Source: Candidatus Latescibacterota bacterium (GTDB taxonomy: Bacteria > Latescibacterota > UBA2968 > UBA8231). From it: DNA of 64,000 bases. The position numbers and the translations under genes are program-made. The notes under the pieces are model-generated. The model had not been told where the DNA came from. It did no database searches and saw only the letters and a program-made list of their open reading frames with translations. This document shows, piece by piece, positions 28,586 to 39,144 of this stretch. The first letter of the stretch is position 1; the number at the start of each line of letters is the position of its first letter. The stretch covers positions 32,001-96,000 of the forward strand of contig CBDCXV010000001.1 in NCBI GenBank assembly GCA_965223905.1, written 5' to 3'.

Positions 28586-30631
28586 TCAGCCCAGCTCCCT
28601 GGGCACGGTGACCCTCCAGCTCTTGTCGAAGCAGCGGTCGCCGTCGACGGTCACTACCACTTCGGACGAAAAATGGTAGCACTCCGCGTCGCTGCTCAGG
28701 ACCTCCTTCGCCTCGACGACGATTCTCTTGTCCGGATGCGGCGCTTCGTACAGGTAGCTGCCCTTCAGCACGGTTTCGGCCGGGTTTTTCGGCGACACCG
28801 TATAAGTTGAACGCGCCCGCCCAGGGACAGCGCGACCGGTCCCGTCCCTCTCCAGGGTGGCGGTCACGGTGCCGGCGACGTGGTCGTGGGTGATCTCGTG
28901 CCGGTGGACGGGAAGGTCCTCCATCGTCGCCGGGAAATGCGGCGAGGGCTCGAACCGTGGCACCGGCAGGGACGAAGTTCGCGCCGGGGTCAGCGGCAGC
29001 ACCACGTGGGACGGGCGGTCCCGGCCGCAGTGAACGCTGTTGACCGCCGGGAACGGGGTGGGCCAAGCGTTCTGAAAATCGGCGCTGGCGACGCTCAGGC
29101 GAATGCGGTGGCCCTGCTCGAACAGGTAGGAGACGTACTTCATGTCGATGCGCAGCTCGTAGACCTCCCCCGGTTCCATCGGCTCGGGGCGGGTATGCGA
29201 GGTCCGGTGCGTCCCCAGCAGGCCGCCGTCGGTCAGCCACTTCGAGGTGCCGTCCGGGGCGACGTCGGTAAGCTTCACGTGGAAGTACGCGGTCTTCGCG
29301 CTGGAGGAAACGTGCAGCACCGCCACGGGATTGCCGGTTACCTCGAGATCCCCCTCCAGCGGCGGCGTGGTCCAGGTCAGCGACAGGGCCTCATCGAGCC
29401 GCTGGTCGACCGGCATGGCCCAGGGCATGATGCCGCCGCCCCAGTAGATGCCGGCGGTGATGCCGACCGCCGGGTTGTAGACGTGCTCGCTGGCGGAACG
29501 CTCGCAGTCCGGCACCTCGCGGCCGAGCTCTCCGCCGGGTTGAAAGTAGAAGGGGGTCTCCTGGTTTCTCGACGGCGGCCACTCCTCCTCCGATCTCCAG
29601 AACCCGGCGTCCTCCAAGTACATGTGCGCCGCCGGCTCCTTGTAGCGGCGCACGAACAGGGAGACCGCCGGCTCTTCCATGACCCCGGTCTCCTCCTCCT
29701 TCAGCCAGCGGTCGTACCACTTCAGCATCTCGTGGCGGAAGTCGATCCGGGGACCGGGCAGCGCGTCTTCCGGCCAGTAGTGGCCCCATGGACCGAGCAG
29801 GATCTTTTTGGGGACGTCCAGCTCGGAAAATGCCCGCAGGATCGGGGTCGGGTAGGGGTCGGCCCAGCCGCACCAGAACAGCACCGGGACCTCGATGCGG
29901 CCGTAGTCCGGCTGCAGGGAACGCTCCTTCCAGTAGGGTCCCTGCAATGGATGGGAGATGTAGCCGATTCCCCAGGGGACGTTGTTCTCCAGCCGCTCCT
30001 GCCACAGCTCTTCCCACAGCCGCCCGGCAATCTCGACGTCGGGGGGAGCGAAGTTGTAGGCCGCCATCAGCGGCGAGTAGCTGTCGAACATGTAGGGCCG
30101 GATCGAGCCGCCCGGGTGGGTCCAGTCGAGGTAGACGTCCGTGTTCGAGGATCCCATCACCAGGGTCCTGAGATGAGGCGGCCTCTGCGCCGCCACCTGC
30201 CACTGCACCACCCCGCCGTAGGACATGCCCCACATGCCCACGGCGCCGCTGCACCAGGGCTGGGCGGCGACCCATTCCACCGCTTCGTACCCGTCCCGCC
30301 GTTCCCGCTGCGAGTAGATGTCGATGCTCGAGCCCCCCGAGTTGCCGGTGCCGCGGACGTCGAAGCAGACCACGGCGTAACCGCGGCGGGCGAACCAGGC
30401 GGGACCGTGCCGGCGGTGGTCGTACCCGCTCTCGGATACGCCGGCTTCTATGCGGGTGAGTCGGCGGTAGGGATGATACTCGACGATCGCCGGGAATTCC
30501 CCGGGTGCGTCGGGACGGGCGACCACCGCCGCCAGCTCGACGCCGTCGCTCATCGGCATGCGCACCCGGCGGTCCAGCTTCACCTCGTAGTCGGCCCCGG
30601 ATACGGGCAGGCTCTGTCGGTTCATTGTCAC
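28586..30631 (-). CDS. CocE/NonD family hydrolase
   Basis: MSDGVEL, DVRGTGNSGG, GMWGMSYGG nucleophile, GPWGH, PepX_C-like C-terminus. Confidence 0.92.
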   Translation of the reverse strand: MTMNRQSLPVSGADYEVKLDRRVRMPMSDGVELAAVVARPDAPGEFPAIVEYHPYRRLTRIEAGVSESGYDHRRHGPAWFARRGYAVVCFDVRGTGNSGGSSIDIYSQRERRDGYEAVEWVAAQPWCSGAVGMWGMSYGGVVQWQVAAQRPPHLRTLVMGSSNTDVYLDWTHPGGSIRPYMFDSYSPLMAAYNFAPPDVEIAGRLWEELWQERLENNVPWGIGYISHPLQGPYWKERSLQPDYGRIEVPVLFWCGWADPYPTPILRAFSELDVPKKILLGPWGHYWPEDALPGPRIDFRHEMLKWYDRWLKEEETGVMEEPAVSLFVRRYKEPAAHMYLEDAGFWRSEEEWPPSRNQETPFYFQPGGELGREVPDCERSASEHVYNPAVGITAGIYWGGGIMPWAMPVDQRLDEALSLTWTTPPLEGDLEVTGNPVAVLHVSSSAKTAYFHVKLTDVAPDGTSKWLTDGGLLGTHRTSHTRPEPMEPGEVYELRIDMKYVSYLFEQGHRIRLSVASADFQNAWPTPFPAVNSVHCGRDRPSHVVLPLTPARTSSLPVPRFEPSPHFPATMEDLPVHRHEITHDHVAGTVTATLERDGTGRAVPGRARSTYTVSPKNPAETVLKGSYLYEAPHPDKRIVVEAKEVLSSDAECYHFSSEVVVTVDGDRCFDKSWRVTVPRELG

Positions 30632-31146
30632 CCTTGCTTGTCCGCGCCCCTATGCCGGGCACCTCCGGGCTGTCCACGTTCGCCCTTGAGCCATTCTTTG
30701 ATTCGATCCGCCTGCTCTGTTCTTCCCAGTTTTCGGTAAGCCTGCTCCTCGTGCTTCAAGGACACCACAGGCAGCCTCGTGCCTTCGAATAGGACGAATT
30801 GACGGTGCTGTTCCACGGCAACCGGGAGATCCCAGGTGCCGTCCGGATTCTTCTTCTGTAACGCGCCCATTACCTCGACTTTCACGCCATCTATTTCCAG
30901 CTCTCCCCAATGCGAGGCGATTTTCTCCGACACGAAGAGTTGGACCCCGCGAACTACGTTCCCGGGAAAAGCCTTCTCGATGTCGTAGGCACCGGAGGCT
31001 TCGGTCTGAAGGTCGATGTCGTTGACTGCGATTTTCATCCCCTGGAGGGCGAAGCCGAGGCTGCCGATGACTGCCCAGACGACCTCGGTTTCCTGAAGCT
31101 TGTTGCAGATGATTTTCAGGGCTCGCCAATGTCGCGAGGAAATCAT
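30628..31146 (-). CDS. Nucleotidyltransferase-fold protein
   Basis: WAVIGSLGFALQG...NDIDL; translationally coupled to both neighbours. Confidence 0.75.
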   Translation of the reverse strand: MISSRHWRALKIICNKLQETEVVWAVIGSLGFALQGMKIAVNDIDLQTEASGAYDIEKAFPGNVVRGVQLFVSEKIASHWGELEIDGVKVEVMGALQKKNPDGTWDLPVAVEQHRQFVLFEGTRLPVVSLKHEEQAYRKLGRTEQADRIKEWLKGERGQPGGARHRGADKQG

Positions 31147-32225
31147 CAACCTATCGCGACCGCGTCCTCCGCTCCCCGCAGGGAACGCTTCCCGGCGTCG
31201 ACCACCTGCAGCGCCCGCAGCCCGTCCCGCTGGTCGACGCTGAACGGCCCCCCGTTCCGGCACTGCTCGACGAAGTGGGCGATCTCCGCCGAATACGCCG
31301 GGCCGAAGCGCTCGATGAACACCGGCACCTCGCGGCCGTAGTCGCGCATGCGGAAGACCTTTCGCTCGATGACGCTGCCGCGGCCGTAGGCCTCGAACCG
31401 CACCTCGAGCGGGTTCTCCTGGAAGTGGCCGACCTGGATCACCCCCTCGTCGCCGTAGACGCAGGTCTCGTTGCGGTAGCCGGCGACGTGGTTGCGGCTC
31501 ACCTGGACCTGGGCGATCGCGTCCTCCTCCAGCCACATCTGGATGAAGGCGTCGTCGAAGTCCTCGGCGACGGAGCTGACCTTCTGGTTGTGCAGCCGCG
31601 CCCCCATGCCGGTCACCGAGCGCGGCATCTTGCCGGTGAGCCAGATGACCTCGTCGGCGTTGTGGACCGCCATGTCGCTGAGCAGGCCGGGGCTGCTGTA
31701 TCCCTCGGGCGGGCCGTGGGGGTCCTCGAGGACGGAGACGATCTTGAAGACCTTGCCGATGCGCTCTTCTGCCAGCAGCTCCCTGGCGCGCAGCAGCGGC
31801 GCGTCGAAGCGGCGCATGAAGGCCAGCATCAACGCCTGCCGGCGGCGCGCGTCCCCGTCGAGCCAGGCGGCGAACTCGCGCGACGTTTCCAGCGAGTGGG
31901 TGAGCGGCTTCTCCAGCAGTACCCGCTGCCCGGCGTCGATCAGGGTCCTGGCGTCGCGGTAGTGGTCGGCGGTGCGGGAGGCGATCACCGCGGCGTCCGC
32001 GGCCCCGGCCCGGGCAAGCTCGTCGACCGAGGCGAAGGTCCGGATTTGCCTCTCCTGCCCCGGCTGCAGCTGCGCGGCGACGCGCTCGGCGAGATCCTCG
32101 TGGCCGTCGGCGATGGCGCTCAGCTCGCAGGTCCCCTCCCGGTTGGCCAACTCCTGAACGTGCAGCGCGTGGTAGATGCCGATGCGGCCGACGCCGACGG
32201 CGGCGATTTTGAGGAAAGCGGCCAT
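31146..32225 (-). CDS. Gfo/Idh/MocA oxidoreductase (myo-inositol dehydrogenase-like)
   Basis: GVGRIG, LLEKPL, FMRRFD, DMAVHNAD. Confidence 0.9.
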   Translation of the reverse strand: MAAFLKIAAVGVGRIGIYHALHVQELANREGTCELSAIADGHEDLAERVAAQLQPGQERQIRTFASVDELARAGAADAAVIASRTADHYRDARTLIDAGQRVLLEKPLTHSLETSREFAAWLDGDARRRQALMLAFMRRFDAPLLRARELLAEERIGKVFKIVSVLEDPHGPPEGYSSPGLLSDMAVHNADEVIWLTGKMPRSVTGMGARLHNQKVSSVAEDFDDAFIQMWLEEDAIAQVQVSRNHVAGYRNETCVYGDEGVIQVGHFQENPLEVRFEAYGRGSVIERKVFRMRDYGREVPVFIERFGPAYSAEIAHFVEQCRNGGPFSVDQRDGLRALQVVDAGKRSLRGAEDAVAIG

Positions 32226-32232
32226 GCGGCGG

Positions 32233-33114
32233 CTACCTGAAATACCTGCCGTAGAGGGGCTCCAGCCGGGCCCTGGCCTCGGCGCCGATCGCCTCGGGCG
32301 CGGTGATGATGGCGTGGCGTGCCGCCTCCAGGCACTCGCACTCCGACTCGGCCGGCAGGGCCGCCGCCACCTCGGCGATGATGCGGTTGGCGGCCTCGGC
32401 GTTCGCCCTCAGCGTTTCGATCACCGCGGCGACCGACACGTCCTCCTCCTCCTCGTGCCAGCAGTCGTAGTCGGTCCCCATCGCCAGCATGCTGTAGCAG
32501 AGCTCGGCCTCGCGGGCGAGCTTGGCCTCGGGGACCGCGGTCATGCCGATGACGGAGGCGCCGACGACCTCCTTGTAGTGGAAGGATTCGGCGCGGGTCG
32601 AGAACTGCGGCCCCTCCATGCAGAGATAGGTCCCGCCTGCGTGCACGGTGGCGCCGCAGGCGCGTCCCGCGGCGGCGACCACGGCACCGAGCTCGGCGCA
32701 GAACGGGTCGGCCATCGAGACGTGGCCGACGATGCCGTCGCCGAAGAAGGTGTGGGGGCGCAGGTCGCGGGTGCGGTCGAAGATCTGGTCCGGTATCACC
32801 ATCTCTCCCGGCCTGATCCGCTCCTTCATGATGCCGACGGCGCTGGCCGAGAGCAGGTGGGTGACCCCCACCTGCTTCAGGGCATGTATGTTGGCGCGGT
32901 AGGGAACCTCGGTCGGGGTCAGCCTGTGCCCCTTGCCGTGCCGGGGGATGAACCAGGCGCCGCGGCCGGAGATCCTCGCCTCGATCAGGGCATCCGAAGG
33001 GGGGCCGTACGGGGTCTCCACAGGGTGCTCGGCCACCACCTCGACCCCGTCCATCTGGTAGAGACCGGAGCCGCCGATTACGCCCAGGAGAACAGGTTTT
33101 GCCGATGTTGCCAT
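32233..33114 (-). CDS. mtnP: S-methyl-5'-thioadenosine phosphorylase
   Basis: GVIGGSGLY, PRHGKGH, EGPQFSTRAES, GMTAVPEAKLAREAE, TDYDCW. Confidence 0.95.
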   Translation of the reverse strand: MATSAKPVLLGVIGGSGLYQMDGVEVVAEHPVETPYGPPSDALIEARISGRGAWFIPRHGKGHRLTPTEVPYRANIHALKQVGVTHLLSASAVGIMKERIRPGEMVIPDQIFDRTRDLRPHTFFGDGIVGHVSMADPFCAELGAVVAAAGRACGATVHAGGTYLCMEGPQFSTRAESFHYKEVVGASVIGMTAVPEAKLAREAELCYSMLAMGTDYDCWHEEEEDVSVAAVIETLRANAEAANRIIAEVAAALPAESECECLEAARHAIITAPEAIGAEARARLEPLYGRYFR

Positions 33115-33282
33115 GACTTGCTTCGAACCTGAAAGGTGGGTTTTCGCCGCGATTGCGCGGCGGCGCGAACGGCCTGTCGGCCTCCCTCCGGCGGCTGGCA
33201 CCGGGCAGGGGAACCGTGCCGGACCGTCCGCGAGGGGTCAAGCTAATCCCTTATATTCCGGTGGTCCATCGCCGGCTACCCC

Positions 33283-35637
33283 ATGCAGCCCATTCTCGTT
33301 CAAGTTTCCGTCCGCGATCTCATCGGCTTCGCGCTCCGCTCCGGGGACCTCGGATCCCCTTTCGTCAGCGCGAAGCGCGCCGTCGAGGGAACGCGCGGCC
33401 ACCAGTACGTCCAGGGTCTGCGCCCCGACGGATACGAGAGCGAGGTTTCCGTCTCCTTCCGCTACGAGGCCGATCCCGTCTCTCTCGAGATCAGCGGCCG
33501 CGCCGACGGGGTGCTCCTCGACGAGGACGGGCTGTTGGTCGAAGAGATCAAGACCACCTACGGCCCCTTCCATGCCGGACGCGGCGACGACCCGCTGCAC
33601 TGGGCCCAGGTCAAGATCTACGGCTACGTCCTCGGGGCTCGGCACCGCGTTTCCGAGGTCGACGTTCAGCTGACCTACCTGCAGCTCGGCTCCAGCCAAA
33701 TCCGCGAAGACCGGCGCACCTTCGCGATCGAAGAGCTCGCCGTTTTCTTCGAGGAGATCGTCACCCGCTATCTCCGCTGGGAACGCGCCTACCGCGAGCA
33801 CTGCTGGAAGCGGGACCGCTCGATTTCGGGGCTGCGCTTTCCCTTCCCGAGCTTTCGCCGGGGCCAGGAAGAGCTGTCCGCCTGCGTCGCCGACACGATC
33901 GCCGCGCAGGGCCGGCTCTACGCGGAGGCGCCGACCGGAATCGGCAAGACCATCTCGGTGCTGTTTCCCGCGGTCAAGGCGGTCGGGGAGGGACGCGTCG
34001 AGAAGATCTTCTACCTCACCGCCAAGACGAGCGGCCGCGCCGTCGCCGAAAAGGCGTTCGCCGACCTGCGGAGGGCCGGCCTCGATTTCAAGAGCGTGAC
34101 CCTCACGGCGCGCGACCGCATCTGCTTCAACGCCCGCGACGGGCGCCCCTGCGACCCGGAGACCTGCGAGTACGCCCTCGGGTACTACGACCGCGTCAAC
34201 GACGCCGTCGACGAGGCCTTCTCGCTGGCGGCGGCGACGCGCACCGCTATCGAGGAGGTTGCGCGGCGGCATACCGTCTGCCCGTTCGAGCTGTCGCTCG
34301 ACCTGTCCCTGTGGACGGACGCGATCATCTGCGACTACAACTACGTCTTCGATCCCAAGGCCTACCTGCGCCGCTATTTCCTCGATACCCGCGGGAAGTA
34401 CCTCTTCCTGGTCGACGAGGCCCACAACCTGGTCGAGCGCGCCCGCGACATGTACTCGGCCGAGCTCCGCAGGTCGGAATTCCGACGGTTGAAGAGGGGG
34501 CTCGGAGGCGACCACCCCCACCTCGCGAAGGAGCTGGCCGAGATCGACCGCTGTCTGCTCGGCGTCGCCGAGCGCTGCGAGCTGGAGGGGGACGGGGAGA
34601 ACTGGCTGGCGCGGGAAAAGCCGGAGGATCTGCTCTACCTGCTGGAGCGGTTCAACGCCATCGCCGAGCCCCTCCTCGCCCGCAACAGGGCTACGCCGTA
34701 CGGCGGCGACCTCCTCGACTGCTACTTCAGCGCCGGCGGCTTCCTGCGCGTCGCCGAGCTCTTCGACGAGCGCTACGTCACCTGCGCCGAGCGTTCCGCC
34801 CGCGACCTCCGTCTGCGCCTCTACTGCCTCGACCCCTCGGCGCAGATCCGCGCCGCCCTCAAGCGCGGCAAGTCCGCGGCCTTCTTCTCGGCGACGCTGA
34901 CCCCGCTCGACTATTTCCGCGACCTCCTCGGCGGCGACCGCCACGATTTCACCCTGTCGCTGCCCTCGCCGTTTCCGCAGGAGCACCTCGCGCTCCTGCT
35001 CGCCGACCATATCGACACCACCTGGCGCGGCCGCGGCTCCTCCTACGGCGACGTCGCCGAGTCGATCGCCGCCGCGGCCATGCAGCGCCGCGGCAACTAC
35101 ATCGCCTACTTCCCGTCGTACCGGTATCTCGAAGAGGTGTACGGGCGCTTTCCCGGCACCGCCGGCGTTCGCACCCTGATCCAGCGGCGCGGCATGAGCG
35201 AAGCGGAGCGCGAGCGGTTCCTCGCCGTCTTCGATGCCGACAACCGCGAGACCGTCGTCGGCTTCGCGGTGATGGGGGGAATCTTCGGCGAGGGTATCGA
35301 CCTGGTGGGGGAGCGCCTGGTGGGGGCGATCATCGTCGGCGTCGGCCTGCCCCAGATCTGCCTGGAACGCGACCTGATCCGCGGTTACTTCGACGAGCGC
35401 AACCTCCCCGGGTTCGCCTACGCCTACACCTACCCGGGGATGAACCGCGTGCTGCAGGCCGCGGGCCGCGTCATCCGCGGCGAGCGCGAGCGCGGGCTGA
35501 TTCTGCTCGTCGACCGCCGCTTCGCCCAGGAGCAGTATCGCGAGCTGTTCCCCGCCCACTGGAGCCGCCCCGACCGCACCCGCGGGGCGGACCGCATCAG
35601 GCAGGCTGCCGGAGGCTTCTGGAGCAGGACCGGCTGA
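33283..35637 (+). CDS. Rad3/XPD/DinG-family DNA helicase with N-terminal PD-(D/E)XK-like domain
   Basis: ISGRADG..VEEIKT; APTGIGKT; Fe-S Cys residues (IC..C..C..CPFE); DEAHN; SATL; QAAGRVIR. Confidence 0.92.
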   Translation: MQPILVQVSVRDLIGFALRSGDLGSPFVSAKRAVEGTRGHQYVQGLRPDGYESEVSVSFRYEADPVSLEISGRADGVLLDEDGLLVEEIKTTYGPFHAGRGDDPLHWAQVKIYGYVLGARHRVSEVDVQLTYLQLGSSQIREDRRTFAIEELAVFFEEIVTRYLRWERAYREHCWKRDRSISGLRFPFPSFRRGQEELSACVADTIAAQGRLYAEAPTGIGKTISVLFPAVKAVGEGRVEKIFYLTAKTSGRAVAEKAFADLRRAGLDFKSVTLTARDRICFNARDGRPCDPETCEYALGYYDRVNDAVDEAFSLAAATRTAIEEVARRHTVCPFELSLDLSLWTDAIICDYNYVFDPKAYLRRYFLDTRGKYLFLVDEAHNLVERARDMYSAELRRSEFRRLKRGLGGDHPHLAKELAEIDRCLLGVAERCELEGDGENWLAREKPEDLLYLLERFNAIAEPLLARNRATPYGGDLLDCYFSAGGFLRVAELFDERYVTCAERSARDLRLRLYCLDPSAQIRAALKRGKSAAFFSATLTPLDYFRDLLGGDRHDFTLSLPSPFPQEHLALLLADHIDTTWRGRGSSYGDVAESIAAAAMQRRGNYIAYFPSYRYLEEVYGRFPGTAGVRTLIQRRGMSEAERERFLAVFDADNRETVVGFAVMGGIFGEGIDLVGERLVGAIIVGVGLPQICLERDLIRGYFDERNLPGFAYAYTYPGMNRVLQAAGRVIRGERERGLILLVDRRFAQEQYRELFPAHWSRPDRTRGADRIRQAAGGFWSRTG

Positions 35638-35652
35638 GGCGCGTTCCGCCGG

Positions 35653-36711
35653 TCACCGGGAGCGCCGCGTGCGCACCGCCGCGGCGAGCTCTTCCAGCAT
35701 CTGCTCCGTCGTCTCCCAGGAGACGCAGGCGTCGGTGATGCTCTGCCCGTAGGTCGGCTCCCTGCCGGGGACCAGGTCCTGGCGGCCGGCGACGAGGTGG
35801 CTCTCGATCATGACCCCGAAAACGTTCTCGGCGGCGGCGGCGACCTGGGCGGCGACCTCGGCGCTGACGAGGGGTTGCCTGGCGTGGTCCTTGGCGCTGT
35901 TTCCGTGGCTGCAGTCGATCATCACCCGGAAGGGGAGGCCCTTTTCCCGCAGTTCCCCGGCCACCGAGGCGACGGACTGCCGGTCGTAGTTGCCGCCGCT
36001 GTTGGAGCCGCGCAGGATGAGGTGGCAGCGGTCGTTGCCTGTGGTGGCGACGATGGCCGAGATCCCCTGCTTGGTCACCGAGAGAAAGTGGTGGGCGCCC
36101 CGGGCCGCCAGGATCGCGTCTATCGCCAGCTGCACGCTGCCCCCGGTGCCGTTCTTGAACCCCACCGGCATCGACAGTCCCGAGGCGAGCTCGCGGTGCA
36201 CCTGGCTCTCGGTGGTGCGCGCCCCGATCGCTCCCCAGCTCGCCAGGTCGGCGATGAACTGCGGCGTTATGGTATCGAGAAACTCCGACCCTGCCGGCAG
36301 CCCGCCGTCGGCGAGATCGAGCAGGAGCCGGCGCGCCGTCCGCAGCCCCTCGTTGATGGCGAAACTGTCGTCGAGTCGGGGATCGTTGATCAACCCCTTC
36401 CAGCCCACGGTCGTGCGCGGCTTTTCGAAGTAGACGCGCATGGCGATCAGCAGGTCCTCCCGCAGGCGCCCGGCCGCTGCGGCCAGCCTGCCGCCGTAGT
36501 CGCGCGCGGCGTCGGGATCGTGGATCGAGCAGGGCCCGACGATCGCCACCAGGCGGTCGTCCTCTCCATTCATTATGCCGCCGATCTCGCGCCGGGCCGC
36601 GGCCACCGTCTCCGAGGCCTTCTCCGTGATCGGCAGCTCTTCCATCAGGATCGCCGGCGGCAGCAGCGGCCGCAGGTTGGCGATTCTCAGGTCATCGGTT
36701 GCTTGCAGCAT
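35653..36711 (-). CDS. aroG: 3-deoxy-7-phosphoheptulonate (DAHP) synthase, class I-alpha
   Basis: GPCSIHD, RVYFEKPRTTVGWKG, IGARTTESQVHRELASG, DCSHGNS, SITDAC. The isoenzyme (aroF/G/H) cannot be distinguished by eye. Confidence 0.93.
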   Translation of the reverse strand: MLQATDDLRIANLRPLLPPAILMEELPITEKASETVAAARREIGGIMNGEDDRLVAIVGPCSIHDPDAARDYGGRLAAAAGRLREDLLIAMRVYFEKPRTTVGWKGLINDPRLDDSFAINEGLRTARRLLLDLADGGLPAGSEFLDTITPQFIADLASWGAIGARTTESQVHRELASGLSMPVGFKNGTGGSVQLAIDAILAARGAHHFLSVTKQGISAIVATTGNDRCHLILRGSNSGGNYDRQSVASVAGELREKGLPFRVMIDCSHGNSAKDHARQPLVSAEVAAQVAAAAENVFGVMIESHLVAGRQDLVPGREPTYGQSITDACVSWETTEQMLEELAAAVRTRRSR

Positions 36712-36755
36712 CTTCTCCTCTTGCGACTTGGTTCCCGGAAGGAACGGGGCCAGCG

Positions 36756-37991
36756 CTAGCCGGTGACGGCCGCGGGGGGAGACCACCCGAAGCGGGCGAA
36801 GTTCTTCCCCGACAGGGCGTTCATCTCGTCGGCGCGGCGCAGCGTCTCGGCCACCTCCTCGCGCAGGTCGTCGGGCCGGTACGGAACCCCCTCCCGCACC
36901 GTGAGAACCGGTTCGATCTTCTGCGAACCGCTGTTCCGCTCCTTGTGGCAGTCAAAAAAATCGTATTTCCCCTCGGTAACTTCGAACGCCGCGAGGTCGG
37001 CGACCGTGCCGGGCCGCAGCGTTCCCAGCTCTTCGCGGCCGATGGCGGCGGCCGCCCGGGTGGTGGTGCGCGCGATCACCTCGCGCAGCCCAACCCCGAG
37101 GCTCATCAGCTTCGATCCGGCGTCGGCGAGGCTGTCTACGGTGCGCTCGATGCTGTGGGCGTGGATGTCGGTGCTGATGACGTCGGCGAGGAAGCCTTCG
37201 GCCAGCGAGGCGCGGGCAACCCCGAAGTTGAAGCTGCCGCCACCGTGGCCGACGTCGAACAGCACGCCGCGTTCGCGCGCCTCCCAGACCGCGTCGAGGA
37301 CGCGGTCGTCCTGCCCGATCACGAGGTCGCCGTGCCCCTGGTAGCAATGGGTTACGATGTCTCCGCCGCGCATTCCGGCGAGCACCTCAGGCAGCGGCAC
37401 CCCGGTGCCGATGTGGACCATGACCGGGACGTCCACCATGCCGGCAGCGGCGGTAGCGAGGCGGAGCGGTTCGACGCCGTTTTCCCCCACCTGGAAGCGG
37501 GCCTGGCGGACCTTCACACCGACGCAGATCCCGGGCCAGTTGTGGATCACACAGGCGGTGCGCTCCGGGTCGCCGTAGCGCAGGTCCTCCATCTCTCCGA
37601 CCGGCCCGTAGGTGAGACCGATCCCGGAGATGTGCACGAACGCCAGGGTGCGGGTGCGCGCCGGATCGGCGACGAACTCCTTGAAGCCGATGAAGTTTGC
37701 CCAGCCGGGGCTGCCGGCGTCGACAATCGTGGTGACCCCGGTGGCGAGGCAGTGGGCGTCCGCCTTGATGCCCCAGGTCGTGGCGCCGGCGTACACGTGG
37801 GCGTGGATGTCGATCCACCCAGGAGTGAGAATGCGCCCGGACAGGTCGATCCGCTCTCTTGCGTCGGCGGGATCGATCCCCTCCGAGACCGCGGCGATGA
37901 GACCGTCCTTCACGGCGACGTCCCTGACGGCGTCGATCCCCTGGGAAGGATCGATCACCGTGGCTCCGCTGAGCAGCAGGTCGTATTTCAT
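36756..37991 (-). CDS. Amidohydrolase/deacetylase (dihydroorotase-like family)
   Basis: PGWIDIHAH, GVTTIVDAGS, GVKVR, MVHIG, THCY, DVGHGGGSF, ISTDIH. Confidence 0.88.
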   Translation of the reverse strand: MKYDLLLSGATVIDPSQGIDAVRDVAVKDGLIAAVSEGIDPADARERIDLSGRILTPGWIDIHAHVYAGATTWGIKADAHCLATGVTTIVDAGSPGWANFIGFKEFVADPARTRTLAFVHISGIGLTYGPVGEMEDLRYGDPERTACVIHNWPGICVGVKVRQARFQVGENGVEPLRLATAAAGMVDVPVMVHIGTGVPLPEVLAGMRGGDIVTHCYQGHGDLVIGQDDRVLDAVWEARERGVLFDVGHGGGSFNFGVARASLAEGFLADVISTDIHAHSIERTVDSLADAGSKLMSLGVGLREVIARTTTRAAAAIGREELGTLRPGTVADLAAFEVTEGKYDFFDCHKERNSGSQKIEPVLTVREGVPYRPDDLREEVAETLRRADEMNALSGKNFARFGWSPPAAVTG

Positions 37992-38064
37992 TTCTGCACT
38001 ACCCGTTGGCGGCGGCAACTCGATGCCTTTCCCCATGCTGGTTTCCAGGAGGGCTCGTCCGCCG

Positions 38065-39015
38065 TCAGGCAAACAGGGCCCCGACGCTTTCGCCGGTGTG
38101 AATACGCCGGATCGCTTCGGCCATCAGCGGCGCCACCGACAGAACCGTCATCTGGTCGAGCCGCTTTTCGGCGGGCACCGCCACGGTGTTGGTGACGGTC
38201 ACCGCCTCGACCGGCGAGGCGCGCAGGTTGTCGATGGCGTTGCCGACCAGCACGCCGTGGGTAGCGCCGGCGAAGACCCGCCGGGCTCCGGCTTTTTTCA
38301 GAGTGCGCGCCGTCTCGACGAAGGTGCCGCCCGTGGCGATCTCGTCCTCGAAGACGACGGCGTCCCTGCCCTCCACCTCCCCCACCACGTTGCCCTGGCT
38401 AACGCGGGTGTCGCTGACCCGGCGCTTGTCGATGATCGCCAGCGGCAGACCCAGCCGGGAAGCGAACTTGCCGGCCCGCCGGGCGCCGCCGGCGTCGGTC
38501 GCTACCACCACGGCATTCGCCAGGTCGCAGGTTTTGCCGATGTGGTCGGCTATGATCGGTATCGCCGTCAGGTGATCGACGGGGATGCCGAAAAAACCGT
38601 GCACCTGTTCGGCGTGCAGATCCATGGTCAGCACCCGGTCAGCACCCGCAGTTTCCAACAGATCGGCCATCAGCCGCCCGGCGATGGAGATGCGCGGCGC
38701 GTCCTTCTTGTCCGAGCGCGCGTACGAGTAGTAGGGGATCACCGCGGTGATGCGGCGCGCCGAGGCGCTGCGCAGGGCGTCGAGGGTAATCAGCAACTCG
38801 ACGATGTGGTCACTCGCCGGCTCGGTGAAGGCCTGCACGATGAAGGCGTCCCGTTCGCGCACGTTCTCGTCGATCTGCACCGAGAGGTTGTCGTTCGAGA
38901 AGCGGGAAACCGTCAGACTGCTGCGGCGAATCCCGAGGCAGCGGCAGATCTCATCGGCCAGGCCGGGATTGGAGCGGCCGGCGAAGACTCGCAGCTCATC
39001 GTTCATGCCATCCAT
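38065..39015 (-). CDS. prs: Ribose-phosphate pyrophosphokinase
   Basis: PYYSYARSDKK, MDLHAEQ, IIDKRR, FEDEIATGGT, ATHG. Confidence 0.95.
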   Translation of the reverse strand: MDGMNDELRVFAGRSNPGLADEICRCLGIRRSSLTVSRFSNDNLSVQIDENVRERDAFIVQAFTEPASDHIVELLITLDALRSASARRITAVIPYYSYARSDKKDAPRISIAGRLMADLLETAGADRVLTMDLHAEQVHGFFGIPVDHLTAIPIIADHIGKTCDLANAVVVATDAGGARRAGKFASRLGLPLAIIDKRRVSDTRVSQGNVVGEVEGRDAVVFEDEIATGGTFVETARTLKKAGARRVFAGATHGVLVGNAIDNLRASPVEAVTVTNTVAVPAEKRLDQMTVLSVAPLMAEAIRRIHTGESVGALFA

Positions 39016-39144
39016 GCTTCTTCGATTCCGCACGTTCCGGAGTCTTTCGCCAGCCTGTCGATTTCCTTATTTCAACCGCCGTCGTTTCAAGTATAGAGCT
39101 TCGCACTCCCAGTGTCCTGTTTCAGAAAAAGAGGGAGGTTGTCC